In this document: positions 25,064 to 54,400 of the stretch, one piece after another
How positions within the stretch are numbered: position 1 is the first letter of the stretch
Layout: every line of letters starts with the position of its first letter
Assembly (NCBI GenBank): GCA_051362555.1
Contig: CM120640.1
Coordinates: forward strand, 22,010,001 to 22,074,000
Source of the DNA: Lingula anatina
Lineage: Eukaryota > Animalia > Brachiopoda
Length of the DNA stretch: 64,000 nt
Direction: 5' to 3'
Position numbers and translations under genes: made by a program
Notes under the pieces: model-generated
The model's database searches: none
What the model was told of the DNA's origin: nothing
Seen by the model: only the letters and a program-made list of their open reading frames with translations

Positions 25064-26158
25064 AGTTTGAACTGAAGTAAGTCTTGTGTAGCACAGGTGC
25101 AGGTATTTACTTTCTACTTCAAACTGATAACATCTCAAATATTGACACATTTCTGTGTTAATAAGGTATGGATAGTGTTTCAGATTTGATACATTACCAT
25201 GAATGTTATGTATCTGTTGAGTAATTACTGTCTACATTTATTATCAAACCATTCATCTCCTTTCGCTGACCGAATGTATGCATAGGTTTCAAGAGCATAT
25301 CTTTTAGTTTTATTCAATGATATACATTTGTAAATGTCAGTTCAAGCAAGTTGGAATGTTCCAAGATTGATGGGTTGTTGTAAGTTCCAGTGTTTTTGTG
25401 TAGCTGATGTGACTCTACCCCCTCTAGAATGGTGCAGGACTCCAGCATACAGTTAGCTGCTTTCTTCCCATCAATCACACACTGATACTGTCTACAAAGA
25501 TAATGTCACAGCCAGGGGGTCAGCAAGGGTCATCATCATTATTAGTATGAAGTATGTCTTATGGCTGAGTAGTTATTTTTCTGTGCATATGGACAGACCT
25601 CTGCATTAATTATTTGTTACGCTGGGGAAAACTACAAACACAGGGTTCAACATTTCAGCTTAAAGCCCATTAAGTGGGGTTACTTAACAGATAAAAACAA
25701 TGGCTCAGGGGTCAACTTTACATGGTGAGGAGTAGTTATTCAGTTACACGCAGAAACAATTGGATTAAAAGAATTATGACAACTGAATCATTTAATCAAA
25801 AATGGAATTGAAAAGGCATTAGTTGTTGCCATACTGTACATACAGTTGCAGTAGAGGTGTCAGTGATGAAGATGATCTAAGTGTTGGGTATGAATTCAAT
25901 TATAGTTCACTGTATTGTCTGTCAGGTCTATAGACATGTATTTAGATCTTGTCTGCCTAGGTTTCTAGGTTTCCAGCCAGATTTCTAATACTTTGAAAAA
26001 AAGAAAGTTTCGAGCAGAAAACTTAATTCAGCAGCTTTTTACTATTGAAAAAAAACATGATATTTGAATGGGCAGTTAGTATGATGGTTGTTCATTGGAG
26101 TTGGGGCTGATCTGAGCGTTTCTATTTACAGGTCCAGTAGGCAGATGCTGCAGTTAAA

Positions 26159-44304
<18,146 letters not shown>

Positions 44305-46391
44305 CATAACTTATCTTATGATATAAATGTGAAAGGCACATTTGAATAATGTCTAAAAATGTGTTAAACAAGTTGTTACTGAGGACAATAAGCTACTTTG
44401 GGGATTTTTATAAGCCTAGTATGCAGACAACAATAATATCTCTCTTTGAAGAGTACAGTAAAGAAACAAGGAATGCATATATTAAGGCAACCATGTTTGG
44501 AAGAGGAAGATTTAGAAAAAAAGGTCAGAAAAACTTTGAGTAAAAGTTTTTCAATCAAAAGATTAATATTAGTCAACCAGACTGCATTATGGAGAAGACA
44601 TCTTCAGTATTGCCAAAATTTTACAATAAATGCCAGCATTGCTTGCATATGATCACAAAAATATTTGAGAATGCTTTGATAATTAATGTAAAGCCATTAG
44701 GTTTATGTACACCAGTATCATGTAATCTTTTCATTTAATTTATGGAATTCCTTATACATATTCAGCTGTCATTAATTGATGTAGTTTGCATATGTATACT
44801 TTGTAATTGCCAAAATGCAGGGGTTACTTGCAGAACTGTATTGAAATACAGATGATTTGTATGAGATGTGCACGAGTGAGAGTGAAGACACATGTGTTGC
44901 CATTATTATTGTTATTATTATTATTATATGTATTATAATAACAATTTTTTGTTGATAGATGAATAGTGTGTATATGTATATAAACCAATATTTAACAGAT
45001 CAGAGTAATCATAAGAGCATGTTTTGATTGTATAGCTGCTCTATGCAAGGTACCTGGCACCAAGGTGGATCTGACCAAATTGTAATAAAGTCTCAAAAGA
45101 GTCATTTTTAATTTTGGTTTTCTGGTCAACCCTTCACTTAAAGGAACTACACTGCAAATCTTGCAAATATACAGGCTCCAAATGGCAAAAGAACATTGCA
45201 AGAATGTTTACAAACAAGGCAGTAAAGCTGATAAATAGGTGTGTTAGTATAAATGCCCAAACTGGTGAAAGCAGTGACCATAAAAAATGTAAATCTGAAA
45301 AAAATTTACCAAAAAAAAAAAAAAAAAAGGATTACAAAATAAAATCCTATGGGGCTGGTTTGACCAGTATTTTAGTCCTATAAATCATTTATACAAGTTT
45401 GAGAATAATTAGTAAAACTTCCTTTTATTGTGTTTGCTAACAAAAACTTGGAAAGGGCATGGAAACAACAGACAATGTCTGTCCAAAAATGAAATGCATT
45501 GTACAATCCTTATACCATTGTTACAGGAAATTTAGATAGGCACCTTCCCCTGAGGTCAACTCTTTACAAAAATGGCTACATTTTATTTTAGATTTCAGTT
45601 TAGGCTGTGTTTCTCTTATGCTGTAACAAGACTGCACTGATGCTACAGTTACAGTCTTCGGGACCATGGAAGTTCCAAGGCACTCAATTCAATAATTTCA
45701 AGTAAAACAAAAGTGTAGTTTGGCATTTATAGGGACTGAAGTGTGGGACAGTGATGGCATGGACAGACACTGATCATAATATATACAGACACATAGTGTC
45801 TTGATAAAAAAAAAACGTAAATGGTGCACTTCAGTTTTCATTAAAATTTCAATAAAAATTTATTCCACAAATTCAAAAATAAAGTTAGCATCCTCTGACT
45901 AAAACCTCTGGTTTATGTAATTTTTTAAAAATATCAAAATAGCTGAATGTTCAATTGAAAGTGGAGAATGCATGTCCATGTCAGTAATTTTGAATTTAAA
46001 AACAACTGAATCTCTGTCCAAGTTTCAACCAGTTTCATTGGTTACAGGGGTGACAATTGATATATACATAAAATTTTACAGTATATACAATTAACCATGG
46101 GACTATTTATAAAATATTCTGATGCCCTTGCCATAGTCCACAATGGTTTGGTATAAATAGTTCTATACAGTGTAATCTGTTTTCATAAACTGCTGTTAAA
46201 AAACTTGTTTCCCAGTGAAAGTTCCCAGCTTACAACCAGCTGAAAACAATCTTGTGTCCTTGGTAAATATTTCACCATTTTATGATTCGCTGGTTATAGG
46301 ATGTACAAAGGGTTGCCACTTAAAGCATGCGAGATTCTTGAAGACTAAATCTGTTCAATCGTCACTACTCTTCTTAGCAGATTTTAGTGCC

Positions 46392-49365
46392 TCATGCCTG
46401 CATCACTGCTCCGTCAATTTTACCCTTCAGTTTTATTCCTGAACCTGCAAATCCTGTGGCTCCCTAGAATGGGATGTTAACATGAAACATGAATTTCGGA
46501 CCTAAAAGTTTACTTTTGCCATAAATGGTCTGACAAAATGGTGTTTCATAATCAATATTTTGTCACCAATTAAAATAAACTTTACAAATAAACTTTTATT
46601 TAAAAAAAAACCTAACAGCCCCAATATTTGTCTTATGAAAAAATATTTCATACCAAATATAGTTAATCTTAAAGAACATTAACCCCTATGTCATCTGTGA
46701 ATTTTGCCACATCCACATTGAACATATTTCACAGTGGTACATGATAAGCCTACCCTTTGGAACTGAATGATGTCCTTTTCTTTGAGAGGTTTTCCATTGG
46801 TTGGATCAATCATGTCTTTTTTAATTATCTTCTCCACACACTCCATTGTCACAACATTACCTCTGAAACAGAATATAGACAATAAGAATATGGAACAAAA
46901 AATAACTCCAATAAAAACTGACCCAAATAGATGACCTTGAACATTTGTGTGTTGCTATTCAGACATGTGGAAAGAGCAAAACGTCATTATCAACATTTCT
47001 GGATGGCTATAATTACACTCTTTAACATGGAATTCAAAACAGACCAAATTTTTCTTGGGCTTTTTTTCTCCTGAAATGCACTATTTTAATGTATAAATTC
47101 TTCCTTTTATAAATTTTGTAAAACTGAACCCAACTCAATATTCAAACATATAAAATAAACTACTTACGAAGTTCTCAGCAAAGCACATGGCACGGAATTC
47201 CCCAGTGCATCATTGGTGACAGCACACACATAACGGGCATCTCTCTTTACTATCAGTGATCTCTTGTCATCATCATCTTTCATCAACGTGAACTTGACAG
47301 GAATCAAATCTTTGAGTTTGAGAGGCCTGCCACTCATTGGACACCTAACTTTCTCATCCTGAAAATGAATGAAGATAATGGGTAAAAGCAATTTTGTTAA
47401 CTTGGAGTTATGAATTTAAAACCATATAAGTAGTGCTTTACAGTACAGCAATTATATTTCTCAAAATACTTTTTAAACAATTAAATTTATATTATTTTAT
47501 TACATACATTTAATAATATCATGATTATTTTATTCCCCTTAATCAAGAAAAAGATTATTAAAAGAATAATGGAATTACCGGTTTCTTCAGCTCAGTTTTT
47601 GTAGCCTGTGGGGTGAGAGAGGGAATCCAAAAACTGGGCAGTTCCTTCCCTTTATCTGCTGTCATGTTAGATACACTACTGGTGCTGGGCTGGGTAGAAT
47701 CTGGAAAGAAACATATCTACCAGATATGGGTGTTGACAAAAAATTACCTTATTTTAAATTTTGTAAATAAACAAGCTAGAATAAAATATTCTTAATTTAA
47801 TACGTCTTAATTCTACACTTGTTTAAGGAAACATGAATAAAAATGCTACAGAATGCGTATCACCACATGATTACTACACCACAAATGAACAAGTCTGGTT
47901 TAAATTGCAAACCTTCTTTCATGCCAGTAGCTCTGGTACTGTCATCAAACTTCTGGACCTTATCAGAGTGTTCCTTCAGATTTGTTTCTTTTACTTCATC
48001 CTAAAAAATCCATGTAACAGTGCTTGTAAACAGGCAAGTTAAACAAACAATGAAAGAATAGATAAATTAAATGTAAAAATTACACATGCAAAATATTTGA
48101 ACAGATCATGCTTTTTTGCCCTGTTCTTCTTTGGCACAATAGTTGGATTTATTATTACCTCCTTTCCTTTCTTCTGTTTTTCAAATTGTTTCAATTTTCT
48201 TGCTATTTCTCGTTTTTGATGCAGTATGTATTCCAAAATTGCTTCCATCTGGAGATGCCCATCTGGACTGAGAATGAAAAAGAATATTTTAATTATATAA
48301 AATTAGCCAAAGTGCTAGTATCCAAATTCTGCTGAAAATATGCTGTGGATTGAAACATTAGCACAACATTACTTGAAACTCAATACATTTTAAATCTTTT
48401 AAAAAATGCCATGACTATAAAATGCTTTCTGCATGGAACCATAGGCTATTTTTAAGAATAAAAGTAATTAGAGCTAAACTTGTACAAGAATTTCTGCAAA
48501 ACATAGTTGTAATATTACACATCATGTATTACTTGGAGAATAAAGTAAAACACCTTGTTGGAAAAAAGTTTTTGCCAAAGAGCAGTTTAATTGATAGATA
48601 CCACTGGACTTGACTTACGTGATCACTGGATCTTTACAAGGTTGTAGAGTTAAGCTGCAACAATCAAAGTCCTGAAGGCAAAATAACAAGAAATGCTGAC
48701 TTAAATTTGATTTCAACTCTTTACAGGGCTTAAAACATTTATAACTAGAAAAGCACTCCGAGAGCGCAGACCTCCGCCAAGGCAGCAAAGTCTCTACCCA
48801 ATGCCATTTCACCTCTAAATTTCATTCTATAATGATTTAGTTTTTTTTTTTATTTCTGACTATTGATTGATTATTGATCTGGATCAACACCAAAAACTAA
48901 TCGTGTTCCTTGGCCCACTTCTGACAGTTCCTGAAAATTTTATCAAAATCGGTCCATAACTTTTTGAGTTATGTTGATGACAGACAGATACATGTAGACA
49001 AACAAACAAACAAGGGTGAAAACATAACCTCCTTGGTGGAGGTAATTACTATGATCATATTATAAAATGTTAATTTTAAAATATAGATAAGGTCAATGAT
49101 ATGCAAAAATAATCTTTCAGAATAACTGAAAAAAATTCTTGAAACACATTGCAGTAAAATTTGTTTTTAAATATTTCTTTATTGACTTTAGAATACTGTC
49201 AGCCTGGATTTAGTCCATGAAACTGGTATTCTGTGTTCTTACTTTCAGGGAATCTTTTCCAAATCGAACTTCATTACTTCCATATCCAGAGGCTGCTGTG
49301 TCTCTTTTCTTCTCGTGATAAGTATACACAGATCCTGCAGTACAATTCTTTGAATGGCGAGTCAT
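46392..49365 (-). CDS. NOSIP: Nitric oxide synthase-interacting protein (U-box/RING-like E3), 8 coding exons
   Basis: Spliced translation MTRHSKNCTAGSVYTYHEKRKDTAASGYGS..GKDSLK|DFDCCSLTLQPCKDPVIT|PDG..EAILEYILHQK|..LPSFWIPSLTP..KKP|DEKVRCPMSGRPLKLKDL..RYVCAVT|GNVVTMECVEKIIKKDMIDP|GATGFAGSG..VMQA-stop. Confidence 0.95.
48743..49046 (-). mobile_element. Short Helentron/HINE-like element of a second family, in a NOSIP intron
   Basis: Left end AACTAGAAAAGCACTCCGAGAGCGCAGACCTCCGCCAAGG; (ACAG)/(ACAA) microsatellite; right hairpin ACCTCCTTGGTGGAGGTAAT containing the subterminal inverted repeat. Confidence 0.75.
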
Positions 49366-49849
49366 CTTACCAGCTCTGTAATACTAAAACATACATGAAG
49401 AATAAGCAAAAACATCACTAAATTACATAAAGCTTCAAAAATATTTTCTCCATTTACTTTATTTTTGACGCGAACCTTTTGACTCTTTGAGTTTTTTTCT
49501 GGTCAAAGTTATTTACTAGTACGCCGATTTTAAATAAAATTTGTATCAAGCCCACTTACCGGTATATATAGTAGCATCATAAAATTTATAGAACTTTTTA
49601 TCTTACATTCCAAGATGCAAAGGAATATTTTACAGGTAGAAATTAATAAACTTATACACAATACTAATGTTACTGTAAGTCATCCAGTCGTTCTGGTAAT
49701 TTTAGCATTTTATAAGTAAACTATTTATATACATTATTTTAAACTAATACACACTTTTAAAAGCCTTTTTACAATCTGATGCATTAGCCACCAGTCAAGG
49801 GATGACTAGTCAAAATTCAAAGAGGCTACGAAAATTTAAGACGATTATG

Positions 49850-50260
49850 AAAAACAATAAAAGGCCTTCCAATAATCTCACCTGTACTTGCTTGCTTTCT
49901 TGATTAGGATTCAATAGTAACAACACCGGTTTGCCAAGATAAGTCTCTGTGACACAATTTTAGTTTAGAAGCATATTTCCAACTAAAAAGAATTGTAATA
50001 AATCAAATAATGTATAAAAACAATTTCTAATATGTCAATTTAATAAGTAACCAGCATATATTTGTAATTCGTTTATTGTTGCTTTTAACTTTGGCTTATC
50101 TTGGCTACAGGTGCTCGCAGTTCTATGTTATTGCTGAACACCGAATGTTTACGGTAGTCCAGGGGAAATGGCAGCCGAATAAGGTTTCGGCTTAAGTACA
50201 AGCATGTAGCTAGTAGGGTAAGAATACAACTTATATTGCTTACTTTTATGAAAAACTATA
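49850..50260. promoter_or_regulatory. Putative bidirectional promoter between NOSIP and the CH-ankyrin gene
   Basis: CpG-retaining interval between divergent genes. Candidate UTR donors lie on the minus strand (about 49881) and the plus strand (AGG|GTAAGA, about 50217). Confidence 0.45.
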
Positions 50261-50328
50261 CACAGTGGCGTTTAATTGTGTTTGCAGTGCTCTTTTACTA
50301 AATTTTTAGACTTTTTTCATCGTTCTAT

Positions 50329-50360
50329 CAAGGAGTTATAACATCTGTTATAACTCCTTG
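50329..50360. mobile_element. 32-bp palindromic P-element-like remnant with a 7-bp TSD
   Basis: GTTCTAT|CAAGGAGTTATAACA-TC-TGTTATAACTCCTTG|GTTCTAT. Confidence 0.7.
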
Positions 50361-51458
50361 GTTCTATCAACTCGTTGTAAATATGAGTTTTCAAAATTAT
50401 AATGCCAGGGACTTAAAATTTGGACACAGGTAGCCACATATGTTATTATTAATAAACTGCGTGCATTTTATGTTATCTCATATCCATATTCATATTTTAG
50501 TAAAACCATGTTTGCCAATTTTTCAGGAGATCATTTTTCAAATTACTAGTAAAATAAGCAAAAGTTGCCCAATTATACTGGGAATAGATGCACAGCATGT
50601 AATCCATGTGTTAGCACTCCTTTTAACAGTTTTTGTTGTGCTAACACAACGCACAATTTAAATTTTGGTTGTAGGATTTTCCAGCAGAGAAATATGTACC
50701 AATATGTGAAAGCAGCGTGAAGGATTTTTTGTCACATACTAGTATGTATGTGCAATATGAGGGAAAAATTCATTTTCATGCAATATCTTTCTTTTAAAGT
50801 CATTGTGTATGCTAGTTAAAAGCCTATAAGTCCTTGTTCATATCATCTATTATATACTCTTATATATATATATATATATATATTTTTGTTTATTGCCCTA
50901 CCACCCTTTCCCAACTTAAAAAGGCATAATAAAGAACCATGTCATTTAAAAAATATTGACATTGACCTAAATCATTTAATGAAAAATTGTGCAAACCATC
51001 AAATTCACATGTGGGGCAGGTCAAGCAATGTTTTTTGAGTCAAAGAAAATTGTTTTATTTTCCTCAACAAAAATTGAATTTGGCTAAAAAATCGTGTATA
51101 GAATACCCTTAAACATATCTGTCATGGCATGAGTTTTAAATTGATGAAATTAGTCGTAATAAAAAAAATGATAGGGCAAGTAATTTTTGATGAGATCAAG
51201 TAAACTCCAGCCAATGCTGCCTTCAAGCAACAAAATTAGTTAGGTTTATGCTGTTTATAGTTTTTGAGTCCGATAGATGAAAAAATTCATATCACATAAC
51301 AGTAACATTCAAGTTTTTCTTTCTTATGTATCTATTTAATATTATTAAAGGTGCTGTAGAAGGAAAATATCTGATATACTGCAGTACATGTGCTGCACTG
51401 TATTGTACTCTATGAAGATTTTATTCTCTCCAGTTAATCAGTAAAAAAAACTGTCAAG

Positions 51459-54400
51459 ATGTCTCTGAAGACTCGCATCCATGGGTTCACAGCCTGGGTG
51501 AATCTAAGGCTGAAACCATATGATATCCTAATGAACAATGTTATCATGGACTTGCTGACTGGAACAAATCTCAAACTGCTGGTTGAAAGCATGACTGGAA
51601 GAGAGATGAAAAATGTCAAAAGTTTTGATGGGTAAGTTAAAGCTACATTTAATTGTACTTTGCAAATGTATTTTCTCTCTCTCTTTACTAAGTGGTATAA
51701 GTAATATACAGTAGATGATATTGATAAACAATTCTCTTTTTTCAGGTTGACTCAGCAACAGAAAATAACACGAGCTGAATGGGTTGTCAAGGAATTAAAA
51801 GCATGGTAAGTTAAACTTGATCAATATATTGGTAAAGAGTATTGTTATCTTAGTAATCAAAAGCAGTTTTATCCATTTTGACATTATTATTATAATATTA
51901 AGCAGTACGGGATTATATGCAGAATATGAACATGGACAACAAGAACCTCCAGCTTAGAGGCAGTTAAAGACTTGCATCTTTCTTGTAACAATAGATAGAT
52001 GAATTTTAAAGCAAAATACACTTTGCATCCGTTTAAAGTTTGTTCTGTTATTACAGTAAACTAGTTCCTGAAGATGTCTATGTAGATGCCAGACTTTTTG
52101 CCATGAGAGGTGCTGATCAGGTGAGGGGATAATGGCAACATTAAATGTGTTTGATGAACAAAAAGCTTTTTTTACTACTCTAGACCATGTTTTACACTCT
52201 ATGCACAAGTTTTGTCTAAGCAAGTGGTTTTAAACTTTGATAAACTTTGTGGAAGTTTCATATGTGTGACATATGTTTTTACTGTTGAATTTCTCTGAAA
52301 TGTTAATTTAAGGACCAAAAAATTAATTTTTTTTATCTTCAGAGATATTTTAAAAGGTGTATCACTATGTAACATTGTATTCTAGGTTTTTGACTTACTC
52401 TGGCGCCTGGTCAGTCATGACATTTGGTTTGTTTGGGAGAGAGCAGAGTACCTGCAGCATGCAGAAGACCAGGTGTTGGTAGCTGTCCCTTTTAAGGTAA
52501 AAATGGATATGCTGTCAAAATTTTGTCATTTAACATTTACTTATAGCCTATTTACAGTGATTGCGAAAGAGATTGAAAACTTACCAGACATGTGGGCTGG
52601 AGCAAATTAAATTTTGGTCAGCCCACACCTTTTTTTACCGGCCCACAATAAAATAATCAAGCTGTATATTTTCACATCATTTTTGATTAATATTATTGTC
52701 TGGCATTTTAAATTGCTGCTATTTAATTTTTAGGCCAGATGTAATAGGATATTTAAAGGTTTAAGTTTAAACATCTTTCATTTTGGTTGCTTTCTGGCAT
52801 TTAAGTTTTATCTTTTTTACATCTGGGTTGCTTATCTTAATTTTTAATTTTTTAACACAAGATCATGTATCCTTTGTGAATTTTATTCCAATTTTTGACT
52901 AAAATTAAAATATAAGTCATAGTGAAGTGGAGCTTCCAACTTTTCTAACTTTTTTTAGATTTCCCCTCTTGGAAAAATGCTTGTCTGTTAGGGGTTATCC
53001 TGGGTCAAAATCTGGTCAGGCCATTTTAGCCCACTTGGTCAAAAAAGTGGGCCATTTTTTTTTAAATGTATGCCGTGAATTATTTAAAGAAAATTCATTA
53101 TATTTCAATATTTTTTATATCATTAAAAAAACAATGAAAAAGGCTTGATGCTACTACTCTGAAGTTGTAGTGTGTGGAAAAATCTTCCAAAGTAAATATA
53201 CTGTCCGAAAAATTGTACTTAATGGAAAAATCTTCAGAATTAATAATTGCACTATGCCAAATAATTGCACTACATGGAAAAGGTAGACAATTCCCATTTT
53301 TATTGTAAAATAAAGCCATTGCTCTCATAGCAGGCCCGTAGCAAGCCATTTTAAAAGGGGGGGGTCTTTTTCCATAAAAACGTCATGTACCTAGATCAAA
53401 TTTCACCAAGAGTGGACCTTTTTGTCAGCATTAGAGGCGGTTCTTTCGAACCCCCCGAACCATCCCTGGCTACGGCCCAGAGTCTGAAAAGAATTTTTAT
53501 TCAATATCTAAGCTAGTTCGTTTAAATGAATATAATGGACAGTTTTGCATCCTGACTGTGCCATTGCGGATTTTCTGCATTGAAAATGATGTTGTCCCTC
53601 ATTTTGACATATAGCGCCGCTAAAGATGCAATATTACTTAAAATATCCGTTAAAATTAGTTAAGAGCACCCCTCTAAAAAGCAAATGAATATTTCCCCTT
53701 TTCACTTATCGATTATTCAACATGCGGTCCGACGGGAGCCATACGTACTTGTTTACCCAGCACGTGTAGTTAGGTGTTCTCAGAGGTCCGCGCGTGGCCA
53801 GTCGTAAGCAGTTTGAGCGGCCTGTTGACAGAGTCTTGAGCAGTACGTTTTTTATTGACATGTAGTTGTTTCAGTTTCGATACATTTTTTGTGAAACGGG
53901 TCACATGTCAGCCCTCACACCATCGCTATGTGCACTTCGAGTGACATCATAATGTACGTAGACTTTTATTACAAAAATAGTGTTTGCTATTTGAACGCGG
54001 CAGTATGGCGTATAAGTTTTACTTGCGCCTAGTGCGTACTTGGAGCTTTACGATAAATTCAAATATGAGGCGAGGTGTCTGTTAAAAAAACCGACTTTAG
54101 TACGTCGGACATGTGGGCCGATGAGTTTGAAGGGTTTTCCAGCCCACAGAATTTTTGCCGGCATATGGCCGTGGTCCGACGGCTTTCGCAATCACTGTAT
54201 TTATTACTCAACTGATGTGAAGTAACAAGCAACATATGTGATTCAAGTGCAAGGCATACATGCAAGTATACGTGATTAGTTGTTGCTGTAAACAGTCAAC
54301 TGATAAAAATCGATTGACAAGTAAAATATGATGCTTAATTTTATTTGCAGTGGACACCTGAGCCTCCTCCTAAGAAAAGGAAGAAGACCAAAGTAAAGCA

